Source: an uncultured Chlamydiae bacterium (GTDB taxonomy: Bacteria; Chlamydiota; Chlamydiia; Chlamydiales; SM23-39). From it: 56,181 bases of DNA. The stretch's first letter is position 1. Every line of letters begins with the position of its first letter. The notes under the pieces are model-generated. The model did not search any database. It had not been told where the DNA came from and saw nothing but the letters and a program-made list of their open reading frames with translations. The position numbers were made by a program, and so were the translations under genes. Positions 36,410 through 46,700 of the stretch are shown piece after piece. The stretch covers positions 1 through 56,181 of the forward strand of contig CALBPE010000013.1 in the NCBI GenBank assembly GCA_937899275.1. Reading direction: 5' to 3'.

Positions 36410-38335
36410 TCACACTTTGGAAGGGGTGGTGGAAAAAGGGGAAATCAGCTCTTTACCCTCCCGTTCTTGCATCACAGATGTTAAGAAAAGATCAATAGAC
36501 ATCTCTCCATGAACCACGTTATCTCTTGTACGAAGAGATAATGTTTTGTTGGTTTCTTCTTGATCTCCCACGGTGATGATGTAGTTGGTTTTTAGAAGCT
36601 GAGCTTTACGCACCTTTTTGCTTACCGATTCTTTTGTATCATCTATTTCTACTATCAGAGAAGCTTTTTTTAGCTTTTTTGCAAGTTCTTTTGCGTAAGG
36701 AAGGTGGCGATCAGCTACAGGAAGAATTGCTACTTGATAGCTGCTCATCCAAAGGGGAAATTTGCCAGAAAAGTGTTCGATTAAAATCCCCAAAAACCGC
36801 TCAATAGATCCGAAAAGCGCTCTATGAAGCATAATAGGGCGTTTGTGTTCCCCATCACTATCGACATATTCTAGAGAAAATTTTTCAGGTAAAGACAGAT
36901 CTAACTGAATGGTGCCGCACTGCCAAAACCTGCCAATCGCATCCCGAATATGAATATCGATTTTGGGACCGTAAAATGCGCCGTCACCTTCATTTACCGT
37001 ATAAGAGTGTCCCCAGTCATCTAAAGCTTGTTGTAGACCTTGCGTTGCAATCTCCCAGTCTTCATCTGTTCCCATCGACTTTTCTGGTCTTGTGGATAGT
37101 TCAAGCTTATAAGAAAGCCCAAAAGTCATATAGATATAGTCGGCAAGATGTAAGATCTTGACGATCTCTTCTTGGATTTGCTCAGGCCGTAAAAATACAT
37201 GCGCATCATCTTGGTGAAATGCGCGCACTCGAAAAAGTCCGTTTAGTGCGCCTGAAGGCTCGTATCTATGCACATGACCGATTTCTGCTATTCGTAAAGG
37301 AAGCTCGCGGTAGCTGTGTACTGTCGATTGGTAAAAAAGCATGCAGCCAGGGCAGTTCATCGGTTTGATGGCAAATTCTTTTTCTTCCACTTGAGAAAGG
37401 TACATATTTTCTTTGTAATGATTCCAATGCCCCGATTTTTGCCACAGCTCTTTTGACATCATGGTGGGAGTTTTAATTTCTATGTACTCATATTTTTCCA
37501 AACAATCGCGCAAAAACTCCAGAAGGCGGTTCCATATCACTAACCCCTTCGGGTGGATAAATGGCATACCAGGCGCTTCTTCTTTAAATGAAAACAGCTG
37601 CAATTTAGGTCCCAGCACCTTGTGGTCCCGTTTTTTTGCTTCTTCAATTCTTTGTAAGTATTCCTTCAAGGCTTTTCTATCGGGAAAAGATATTCCATAA
37701 ACCCGGGTAAGCATCTCTTTTTTTGCATCGCCTTTCCAGTAGGCGCCTGAGGTTTTAAGAAGTTTAAACGCTTTGATTTTACCTAAGTTTGGGATGTGGG
37801 GTCCTCGACATAAATCGAAGAACTCTCCTTGCTTGTATCCAGAAATTGTTCCTGCAAATCCTTGGATTAACTCTTGTTTATACGGGTTTTTTGCAAATGC
37901 GTTGAGCGCCTCTTCTTTTGAAGAAAATTCTAGCCTTTCAGGTTTGAAGTTTTCTTTGATAATTGATTCCATTTCCCGTTCGATTTTAGGGAAATCCTCT
38001 TCAGAGATTGTGACGTTAGCAAAATCGTAATAAAATCCCTGTTCTATGGGAGGACCTATCGTAGGTTTTGCCTCAGGCCATAGTCTAAGAATTGCCTGGG
38101 CTAATACATGGGCAGAGCTATGCCAAAACACTTCTTTTCCTTCAGGCGTATCAAAATCTTTAATCGTCACTTGATCTTGATCAAATAAAGGATGAGAGGC
38201 GTCTTTTTTTTCTCCATTAATCTCTAGATGTAGGCCATCTTTAGGTGCATTTAAATGTAGAGCCTGCAGTAGATTTTCTGCTGTGCTGCCTTCATTTAGC
38301 TCTACAGATTGTTTTTGATTTACATAAATAATCAT
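36410..38335 (-). CDS. thrS: Threonine--tRNA ligase
   Basis: 641-aa ORF with an N-terminal TGS domain, the editing-domain motif HSSAHVLAQA, class II motifs (FRVRAFHQDDAH, GAFYGPKID) and a C-terminal anticodon-binding domain. Confidence 0.97.
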   Translation of the reverse strand: MIIYVNQKQSVELNEGSTAENLLQALHLNAPKDGLHLEINGEKKDASHPLFDQDQVTIKDFDTPEGKEVFWHSSAHVLAQAILRLWPEAKPTIGPPIEQGFYYDFANVTISEEDFPKIEREMESIIKENFKPERLEFSSKEEALNAFAKNPYKQELIQGFAGTISGYKQGEFFDLCRGPHIPNLGKIKAFKLLKTSGAYWKGDAKKEMLTRVYGISFPDRKALKEYLQRIEEAKKRDHKVLGPKLQLFSFKEEAPGMPFIHPKGLVIWNRLLEFLRDCLEKYEYIEIKTPTMMSKELWQKSGHWNHYKENMYLSQVEEKEFAIKPMNCPGCMLFYQSTVHSYRELPLRIAEIGHVHRYEPSGALNGLFRVRAFHQDDAHVFLRPEQIQEEIVKILHLADYIYMTFGLSYKLELSTRPEKSMGTDEDWEIATQGLQQALDDWGHSYTVNEGDGAFYGPKIDIHIRDAIGRFWQCGTIQLDLSLPEKFSLEYVDSDGEHKRPIMLHRALFGSIERFLGILIEHFSGKFPLWMSSYQVAILPVADRHLPYAKELAKKLKKASLIVEIDDTKESVSKKVRKAQLLKTNYIITVGDQEETNKTLSLRTRDNVVHGEMSIDLFLTSVMQEREGKELISPFSTTPSKV

Positions 38336-38494
38336 AAAAAAGGGGTCAACTCGCTTACTAAATTCGACTTAATCTTACAATATCTTGGAAATCAGAAGAA
38401 GGGGAAAAATAGATGATCCAATCCGCAGGTATTTTCCCCGTGCAAAAAAAACAGAAACCGGTAAGATCTTTTTAACTATATATTTGATGATATT

Positions 38495-39286
38495 ATGTTG
38501 CGCACCGGCTTTTGCTTATTTTTCCTTCCTTTTTCTTTCATATTATCTGCCCCTGTTTCTGATTCCTCTTCACCAGCTGTTTTACAACAAGGGATCTTTC
38601 TAGAAGAAAACAACTGGGGAAATGTGCAGGCGGGCTATGAAGGCAACTTTGTTTTTGACCGAAGGCTAGCGCGTTATGCAGATGGCGAAAAACGCATCGA
38701 TCGCTACGAAATCTACATCCAATCGGGAGATATTCAGTTAGATTGGCAAGATAAGTTCAGTGTTTTCACCACTCTTGGCAGCGGGAAAATTGACACAGAT
38801 TTTCAGATTGTTGCTAACGGATACTGCCGCCGCGCTGTACTCAAATCTGCAGAAGACTTTTCCTGGTCTTTAGGCTTAAAAGCTTTACTTGCTTCTTGGA
38901 AAAACCTACACGTAGGTGCAGGTTGTCGCTACACTACGTTAGAGCCTTTACTTCATTTTTTTTCTTTAGACGGAGAGCTAGTCGATACAAACGGGCAAAG
39001 GCTGCATTTTAGAGAGTGGCAAGTAAACGTAGGCGTTTCCTACGAAGTGGGATTTTTTACTCCTTACATAGGCAGCAAATATACCCAAGCTAGGTCGCAT
39101 GTGGAGCTGCCTACATCTTCAAATGGGATTACCGAAGATGAAAAAAAACAGTTTTTTCGCAGCAGGCAAAATTTCGGTCTTTATCTAGGATGCACCATTA
39201 CCCCTAGAAAGTTATTTTTTGTCACATTAGAAACGCGTTTAATCGATGAAGAAGCCGTAAGTGTATTTGCAACACTACGGCTTTAA
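38495..39286 (+). CDS. Small MOMP-family outer-membrane protein
   Basis: 263-aa ORF with a signal peptide. The N-terminal GYEGNFVFDRRL matches the chlamydial MOMP/PorB motif GYYGDFVFDRVL. It has a beta-strand periodicity. Confidence 0.6.
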   Translation: MLRTGFCLFFLPFSFILSAPVSDSSSPAVLQQGIFLEENNWGNVQAGYEGNFVFDRRLARYADGEKRIDRYEIYIQSGDIQLDWQDKFSVFTTLGSGKIDTDFQIVANGYCRRAVLKSAEDFSWSLGLKALLASWKNLHVGAGCRYTTLEPLLHFFSLDGELVDTNGQRLHFREWQVNVGVSYEVGFFTPYIGSKYTQARSHVELPTSSNGITEDEKKQFFRSRQNFGLYLGCTITPRKLFFVTLETRLIDEEAVSVFATLRL

Positions 39287-39299
39287 TCTTAGACTAAGC

Positions 39300-39715
39300 G
39301 GATCTAGAGTTCTTCGGTTAATCCTCATGAACAGTTGCTTCGCCTACATGAAATGATAAAAATCCGCTAAATTTTCTTGTTAGGTTTTGATCATTTTAGT
39401 TCGATTTTTAAAGCCTTACGCAGATCTTTTCTCAGTGTGTCGTTCGTTGTGTTGTCGGTTCATGTGCTTTTTTTTAGATTCCGAAGTTTCTAGTTTTTGC
39501 GCTAGAGAGTCTTTTCATGGCCACTTTAGCATTTGAGATGTCATTTGGCCATACGCTGTATAGTCTCTTTTACACGTTGTAACAAATGCTTCTGAGATCC
39601 CATTACTCTCTGGACTATAAGCCGGTGTTGTGCAAATCTCTAAGCCCAGGTCTCTACAGAAACAGACGGTTTCTTGAGTTGTATAACAGCTTCCGTAATC
39701 GAGTCGGACTCTAAA
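39300..39715 (-). mobile_element. Decayed IS3-family (IS2-group) transposase OrfB 3' remnant
   Basis: Minus-strand translation from 39715 gives [53 protein letters not shown]. This parallels IS2 OrfB ...[48 protein letters not shown]. Downstream, a frameshifted and stop-ridden trace of the HYNExHPHxALG block remains (QHNERHTEKRSA*GFK). No 5' part and no inverted repeats were found. Confidence 0.65.
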
Positions 39716-39960
39716 CTACTTACTCTAGTGTTTAATTGGGACGTTTCTTTTTTCAAACGACTATTTTCGATCTCTAATGCTGCTAACCTCTTGCCCATAG
39801 ATTTCATCTCGTCTTGCATATTGGATAATAAACGCATTATTGAATCGAGTTGATTATCCTTACTTTCTGGTCGTCTTTCTCCAGGAACTTTGCCAGGAAC
39901 TTTGTGTGGATGATCTTTAGGCAAATGTGGTGGTTGGGTATGGATACTGCTCATTGTCAT
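39640..39960 (-). CDS. Hypothetical coiled-coil ORF, chimeric with the transposase remnant
   Basis: 106-aa ORF. Its central heptad-like segment is [37 protein letters not shown]. The last ~25 codons (39640-39715) are transposase-derived DNA read in a different frame. Expression is unknown. Confidence 0.3.
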   Translation of the reverse strand: MTMSSIHTQPPHLPKDHPHKVPGKVPGERRPESKDNQLDSIMRLLSNMQDEMKSMGKRLAALEIENSRLKKETSQLNTRVSSLESDSITEAVIQLKKPSVSVETWA

Positions 39961-40573
39961 AAATAATCCTGTTTTTTAAGTGATTTTTAAAATGAAAAAT
40001 AATCTACTCCTGAATGGATTTTTCTAAAAGTGTTTTTTTAATTTTTTTGAGAAAAAGCTTGGAGTTTTTGCATTTATGTTGATGATTTAATAGAACATGT
40101 CAGATGGTGAGTCCTCAAAAATCGATGAGGTGTTTTATTTCCAGCGCTTCTTCTCTTGGTGCAAGCCTTATCACTTCCGGGAATCTTGTAGATTGCTCTT
40201 CTCGCCAGGCGGTTTTGCAAGACGCAACTATAGTAAATATGGTAATGGCATGCGAACGTCTGAATATGAGTCTTATAGTTGAGGTAAAAAAGCGCTGATG
40301 AAAGTATGGGCATCTTTTAGAAAATAGCTTCCGTTTTTGTGCGACAAAATGCAAGAGGCTTATGTCTTAAACGAAATAGGCATATGTAGGAAGTTTTTTG
40401 CTGTTTTCGCGCAAAGGTTTGTCGCTGTTTTTAACCGTTTGCGCTTTTTTTGTAAGTAGGTGATAAAAAACCCAGCCCTTCCTATGTTTACAAGGAAAAG
40501 CCTTCCCTAAAAAAACCCTGAAGCAGTAAGATAATCACATTATTTTCCAAGAAATTTATTATCAGATTATTTT

Positions 40574-41908
40574 ATGAAACACTTATTTTTTGCTTTATCT
40601 TTACTTATATTTTGCCCATTGACTGCAGCTAAGAAAGAGACTTTAGTTGCTCAAGAATCTACCAACGCAGATGAGGTCTTGTTTGAAGACAGTAGACCTG
40701 ATCCCGACATGGAAGCGTTGAAAAAATGGATTCGGGAAAAGCGCCTGATTACTCTTAAAGAAACAGGCGGCGACTTATCTATTAGCGGCAATATGCGCAC
40801 ATCTTTTGCTAGTATTAACGAGAAAAAAGATGGCATACGTCAAAGAGGAGTGAACTCGGCGTCAGGCAGACCGTCTCGTCCCTATAACGTTGATTTTAGC
40901 TTGCTATTAGACTACAGAGCAGAGAGGACTTGGTCTTCTGCCCTTTTGAATTTTAAAAACAAAATGGCTATTCAAGATGGTACGGTCGATAAGATCCGTT
41001 TATACCGCGCTTACCTAGGAGGAAGGGTTATTGCAGGCGATACCTTTACCTTCGATGCAGAGCTTGGAAGGCGGTCTTTAGGCGATGTATTTGACTCAAA
41101 AATTCAGTTTTCCAATTTGTTTGACGGAGCGCTTCTTCGTTTTAGTAAGGCTTTTGAAGATATTGGAGATTACTACACTACCGTTGGCGTATTTTTAATC
41201 AATGCTGCAAAAGATTACTACGGCTACGTAGGAGAAATGGGATTTTTGAACATTGGAAATACAGGCCTTTTCTTAAAGGGCTCTTACATCGATTGGAAAA
41301 AATACCATCCCGATGATCCCTTAGATTTTCAATTTAATTTCCGTGTATCACAGGTTCTTATTGGTTACCAATTTACCCCGAGTTTTTTAGAAAAACTGGT
41401 TAGAGTCTATTCTGCTGCTGCTTATAACGATGCTGCTGATCCTATCAGTAAGGTATTTACGCCAGAAGTTACAGGCACGCCTACAGCAAGCCAGCAACAA
41501 GAGTTAGATCAGATCAATAAAGATCCCGATGCAAAATACAACTGGGCTTGGTATGCGGGCGTATCTATCGGCAAGGCTCGGAAACAAGGCGACTGGGCTA
41601 TCGATACGAATTACCAGTGGGTTAGCGCTCAAGCGATTCCTGATTTCGATGCTTCAGGTATTGGTAGGGGTAATGCAGATGGTGTAGGTACCTACACTAG
41701 AAAATCTGCTGGATCAATTGTGGCTACCAACATCTTAAACTCTGTTGGATCTGGTAACTACCATGGCTGGGTTTTCCGTACCCTATACGCCTTTTCTAAT
41801 AACATCACTCTATCTCAAAAATTTGAGCTTGCAGGCACATTAGATCAAAATATTGGTCCTAACCTCAACTATAAAAAGTTTCAGGTTGAGTTCATCTTTA
41901 CTTTCTAA
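40574..41908 (+). CDS. Outer-membrane beta-barrel porin (hypothetical)
   Basis: 444-aa ORF with a signal peptide (MKHLFFALSLLIFCPLTAA). It has long alternating-hydrophobicity strands and a C-terminal FQVEFIFTF with terminal Phe. Confidence 0.65.
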   Translation: MKHLFFALSLLIFCPLTAAKKETLVAQESTNADEVLFEDSRPDPDMEALKKWIREKRLITLKETGGDLSISGNMRTSFASINEKKDGIRQRGVNSASGRPSRPYNVDFSLLLDYRAERTWSSALLNFKNKMAIQDGTVDKIRLYRAYLGGRVIAGDTFTFDAELGRRSLGDVFDSKIQFSNLFDGALLRFSKAFEDIGDYYTTVGVFLINAAKDYYGYVGEMGFLNIGNTGLFLKGSYIDWKKYHPDDPLDFQFNFRVSQVLIGYQFTPSFLEKLVRVYSAAAYNDAADPISKVFTPEVTGTPTASQQQELDQINKDPDAKYNWAWYAGVSIGKARKQGDWAIDTNYQWVSAQAIPDFDASGIGRGNADGVGTYTRKSAGSIVATNILNSVGSGNYHGWVFRTLYAFSNNITLSQKFELAGTLDQNIGPNLNYKKFQVEFIFTF

Positions 41909-41919
41909 AAAGCTGTTTT

Positions 41920-43608
41920 TTAACGCAGCTCTTGAAAGTTGTATACATAATGCCTTTTTTCTAGGTAATTCCGCTTTTTCTTCTTCTTGCACTGAGCAAG
42001 AAGAAGTTTTGGCGGAGTTTGATGGCCAAAGATGGTATCGTAGGCCTTTAAGATCATTTCATCTTCATAATCTTTTTCCACAAAAATCGCGACAAAGTTG
42101 TCTTTTGTTTTCACCCGTTTTCCTCGGATGAATAACCTCTTGAGTGTGGTATTATGGTTGGTAGCAGGAGAAAGGAAAAATATGGAATTTACAAATCCTG
42201 TAATCCAAGGGAATTTTTTCATCGGTTTTGCTAAGACCACAACATCGAGTTTTTTACAGAAATAAAATAGCAGCAATAGCTCTAAGGGGCGGTACTTTTT
42301 AATCACTAGGTAACAAGGATTTTCTGGTACGTCTCCTTTCATCCTAAGGCGCGTGTAGCGCATGAGGATCTTTTCTGCAAAATAGGGGAAAAAGTAGGAG
42401 CTCATTCTAGCAGATACAATCGTATTGAATACTAAGGTTAAACACCCGATGAGTACAAAACTACCCGCTGCGGAAAACCCCCATCTTTCGTTGAAAAGAT
42501 AGATCGCAAATGAGGCGCAAAGAACGCAGCTAAAGCTTAAAAAATTACTCGCTGCAATGATTTGCCCTCTTCTTCTTTGCGGACTTGCTACTTGAATAAA
42601 CGACTCTAAAGGAATCACAAACAGTCCGCCGAAAATCCCCAATAGCGTCAGAAGAATGACGACCATAGTCAAAGATTGAGCAAAAAATGTGAGGAGAAAA
42701 AAGACTACGACAATGCAAAACCCTGAAAGACAAGAAAGCCCCATTTCAATCCGGTCTTTAGCGAGTTTGCCCGATAGCTTAGCCCCAATGGCGATACCTA
42801 CAGCGGTTGCAGAAAATAGGTAGCCTCCTGTCACAGCGCTTAAATTTAATGATTCCATAGCAAATGGGATGACGTTCAGGTGGACGTAGCCTCCAATAAA
42901 AAGAAAAAATGAGGCTCCTAAAATCGCTGGAAATAAAAAAGGGCGTTTTGCACTTAAAGAAAGCGCTTTGTAGATATCGTAGACAAATAGCGGCGTAATC
43001 TTTCTATCAGAGCCCTGCGCTTCTGTTTTTCCTATACCTAAACTGGTGAGCGTTCCTAAGACTGCGATTACGCAGCAGACAAATGCGATGAAAAGAAAAT
43101 TATTTTGCGATATTTGCATGAGAAAAGACGAAAAAACGCTGCCTAAAATCATGGCCATATACGTTAGGGCCGTAAGGCTTCCATTTGCTTTTGAGACTTT
43201 TTGTGGACTGACAATTTCTGGTATAATCCCATATTTTGAGGGTCCAAAAGCGGCGCTTTGCGCTCCCATTAAAAACAAAAGCGTGTAACAAGAGATTTCT
43301 GAATGGGTATAGATTGCAATAGCTCCAAAAGCCATCACCAAAATTTCTACAGCTTTTGTAACGACAATCACCGTTCTTTTGCTAATTTTATCGGCTAATA
43401 CACCTGCTGCAGAAGAAAAAAGTAAAAAAGGGATGACAAATAAAGAGCCTGCTAATGATAAGATGGTATTTGTGTATTCAGGCCCTTTAATATGAATCAA
43501 AAAGTAGATGATGAGAAGTTTGAAAATGTTATCATTTAATGCCCCGAGAAATTGCGTCGCATTAAGTAGACGAAAAGAACGTTTTTCTGTAGTGGGCATG
43601 AACTTCAT
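41920..43608 (-). CDS. lplT: Lysophospholipid transporter LplT-like MFS protein with C-terminal acyltransferase-like extension
   Basis: 562-aa ORF. TQFLGALNDNIFKL and GPSKYGIIPEIVSPQKVSKANGSLTALTYMAMILGSV parallel E. coli LplT blocks. The last ~150 aa are soluble and PlsC-like in position, but I find no HX4D motif. Confidence 0.75.
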   Translation of the reverse strand: MKFMPTTEKRSFRLLNATQFLGALNDNIFKLLIIYFLIHIKGPEYTNTILSLAGSLFVIPFLLFSSAAGVLADKISKRTVIVVTKAVEILVMAFGAIAIYTHSEISCYTLLFLMGAQSAAFGPSKYGIIPEIVSPQKVSKANGSLTALTYMAMILGSVFSSFLMQISQNNFLFIAFVCCVIAVLGTLTSLGIGKTEAQGSDRKITPLFVYDIYKALSLSAKRPFLFPAILGASFFLFIGGYVHLNVIPFAMESLNLSAVTGGYLFSATAVGIAIGAKLSGKLAKDRIEMGLSCLSGFCIVVVFFLLTFFAQSLTMVVILLTLLGIFGGLFVIPLESFIQVASPQRRRGQIIAASNFLSFSCVLCASFAIYLFNERWGFSAAGSFVLIGCLTLVFNTIVSARMSSYFFPYFAEKILMRYTRLRMKGDVPENPCYLVIKKYRPLELLLLFYFCKKLDVVVLAKPMKKFPWITGFVNSIFFLSPATNHNTTLKRLFIRGKRVKTKDNFVAIFVEKDYEDEMILKAYDTIFGHQTPPKLLLAQCKKKKKRNYLEKRHYVYNFQELR

Positions 43609-43753
43609 AGTTTTCCAGTACTACTAAGGTTATTTGTTTAATCATCATTTTAGATGAATTTATTTTTTTACAATTTTAATTTATTACTAACTATTTTCTA
43701 TAATAACAAAATATTCAGAAAATCAACAGGGAAATTTGATCTAAACCAATAGC

Positions 43754-46700
43754 ATGTATACGCATTTTTTGAGTAATTCTTTTGAGGTACTAGCCGAAGC
43801 GCTCCGCGTATCGCTTTTAAGTACACCCCCCTTGGAAAAAAAATGGATTGTTTTTCCCGCAAAAAACCCTCCTTGTAAGGATTGGTTGATTTTTCATTGG
43901 CTACAACGCTCTCAAGAGGCGGTAACAGGAGTAGAGTGGGTTACTATAAAAGAATTTTTTTCTTTTCTCAAGCAGTCACAAAACGGCTTTTGCCCATCAC
44001 ATCAAAAAAAAGATTTGCAGGAAGACGCCTTATTTTTTTCCTTATTAGACCATTTTGCAAGGGTGAAAAGTGATCCTTCTTTTCAAGAGCTAAATGACTA
44101 TCTTGCCAAAGGAGATGCGCTAAGCTCCCATTTTCTTAGAAAAGAGATAGCAAGGCTATTTATGCGCTACGGCGTATATGGAGAAAGCGAGGTGCGCTCT
44201 TGGAAAAAAACGCCTCCAGCTAAGCTTTCTTGGCAGGAAAAACTCTTTGTCGATGTGTTGGAAAAAGAGGATCTTACCTGTCCTGTACTCGAAGAAGAAA
44301 AGGTAGGGTTTTCTGGTTTTTCGGTGCATCTTTTTGGATTTTCTTATCTTCCTTCGGCGTATTTAGATCGATTATTTTCTCTTGCCAAGACCGTTTTGGT
44401 ATCGCAGTACCAGCTCTCTTTTTCTCCATTTTTTTGGCAGGATATGTTGTCAGACCGAGCCAAAACGCATGCGCCTATGATTTCTTCAGAAGAAGAGACG
44501 CATCACCGGCTCCTTGCGAACTTAGGCGGATTGCAAAAACGTTATTACGCCCAATTAAACCGTTATGATTTTGCCTCAAGAGAAGGTTATGTAGAGCCCC
44601 AGCTTATTGCGAGCGGAAAACGGGGTGAAACGACCCTTTTATCTTCTATTCAACAATCGATTTACCAAGCAGAGCAGCAAAAAGAGGCAAAAGCTGTAGA
44701 TGACTCGATTCATATAGGCGCTTTTGCAGCATCAAAGCTTCGTGAAGTAGAGGGCTTATTCGATGCGATCCAACATTGGAAAAAGAATGATCCCTCTTTA
44801 TCTTTTGCCGATATTATGGTGGTAGCTCCCGATATTGTAGAATATGTCCCTTACATCGAGTTTGTATTTTCTAATCAAGGGATCCCCTTGCATATTGCAG
44901 AGAAAAGCGCGGCATCAAATAGCGCGTTATTGCAGGGTTTTTTACGCTACCTTCGACTGATCCAATCTTCTTTTTTGTTACAAGATGTCGTAGAGTTTCT
45001 CAGGTTAGAGCCGGTATATTCTTGTTTTGGTTTGACAAAAGAAGACGTGGATGTGGTGTCTACCTATTTGGAAAAAGCAGGTATTGTTGCAGGCAAAGAT
45101 GCCCAGCATCTTATGAGTTCAGGTTTTGCTATCAACAAACATCTAGAAAATAGCGCCTGCAAAAGAACGTGGAAAAGCGGATTGCAGCGGATCTTATGGA
45201 GCTTTTTGTATGAGGGAAAACCAGATCAACTGCTCGACTTTGCTACTGAGCCTTTAGATGCCATTTCTTCTGATTGTATCCCAATTTTTTCTCGGTTTCT
45301 GGAGTTTTTCTCCCTCTTAGAAAAAGATGCCGATTTCTTAGAAGAAAAAAAAGAAAGGCCTCTTTACGAGTGGGCAGAGTTTTTGCATTCTTCTTTAGAT
45401 CGTTACTACCGCGTTTCTAAGAAAGGCGCGGATCCTTTATACAGCGAAATCCAAAGTCTGATAGAAAAAACGCAAACATATCGATTAGATGCGCTCCTTT
45501 CTTTTCATGCTTATGCAAAATTTTTAGAAGAGAGGCTCGAAAAAAAGCGGTTGAAAAAAACGCCCGCTTTATCCAAGGCGCTATTTTTTCAAAGTATAGG
45601 AGATGGCAGCTTTTATCCAGTACAAGCTCTTGGTTTTTTAGGCATGCAAGAAGATGCTTTTCCCGTAAAAGAGCGCGCTTCTTCTTTAGACCTTCTCAAA
45701 AGCTATGCACCTAGCCTGCAAGAAAAAAGCCGCATGCAATTTTTAGAGGGGCTACTATCTGTGGAAAAATACTTGTGGATTTCCTATCAAAGACTCTCTT
45801 TTTCTGATGGAAAAGAGCAGCCCTTGTCGTCTTGTGTGCAAGAGCTCATCTCGCATATCGAAGATCAGTATGGCGTTGCAGAAAAAGATTTGATACGAAA
45901 GCATCCTGCAGCGGCTTACCATCCTCAGCTATTCGAAGAAGATAGCCCTTATCCGAGTTTTTCTGCCCCGTTTTTTTCCGCTGCAAAAGCAGCTATTTTA
46001 GGTGGAGCAAAAAAACCAACGTTTACTTTTCGATTTCCGAAGGAGATTCCAGCCATGGTAGAAAGCGCGTCTCTTTTTCAGTTGCGTTCCTTTGCAAAAA
46101 ATCCGGTAAAAACGTATGTAAACGCTTCTTTAGGTGTTTTTTTTGATAGAAAAGAAGAGAAAAATCCCTTTGAGATATCTCCCTTAGATCGTTTTCACTA
46201 CAAACAAAAAGCGCAGCATCTCCCCATGCAAAAAGTGCTGGAAAAAGCAAAAGCCAGTGAAAGGCTTCCCCCAGGTTTATTCCAAGAAAATGCAGCGCTT
46301 AAACTCATCCAAGAAGCGGCGTTATGCGAAAACGCCCTTTCTTATTTCGGGCTGGAGAAAAAAGAGCTGCAAGAGTTGAGTAAACACCTTGTTTTACCTA
46401 TGGGACAAAAACAGATTTCTTTAACCTGCTCTTTTACATCGATACTCGATAAAGGTAGAGGGATATTCATCGATGGGGAGGCAAAAAAAAGTCAGATGAT
46501 TCGTATGTGGCCGGTAGTACTTGCATACCTTTGCTATAGCGACACTTCTTCTTGCAGCATATATTTCACCAATAAAGGAAAACCAAAATCGATGGCTATT
46601 TCCTTAAAAGATCCTGCGGCCGATCTTCTGCATTTTATCGCCTACTATTCTTTAGGAAAAAACCACCTTTCTCCTATGATCCCTTTTGTAGCAGAAGAGC

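Noticed and set aside
40074-40354. Four overlapping 61-79-aa ORFs on both strands
   Set aside because: They are mutually exclusive overlaps with no recognisable motif and Cys/His/Arg-rich random-looking composition. I treated the region as non-coding or decayed DNA.
41909-41945. Possible terminator hairpin AGCTG-N10-CAGCT after the 444-aa porin gene
   Set aside because: The stem is only 5 bp with a large loop and no following T-tract. The sequence also overlaps the 3' end of the convergent lplT-like gene.
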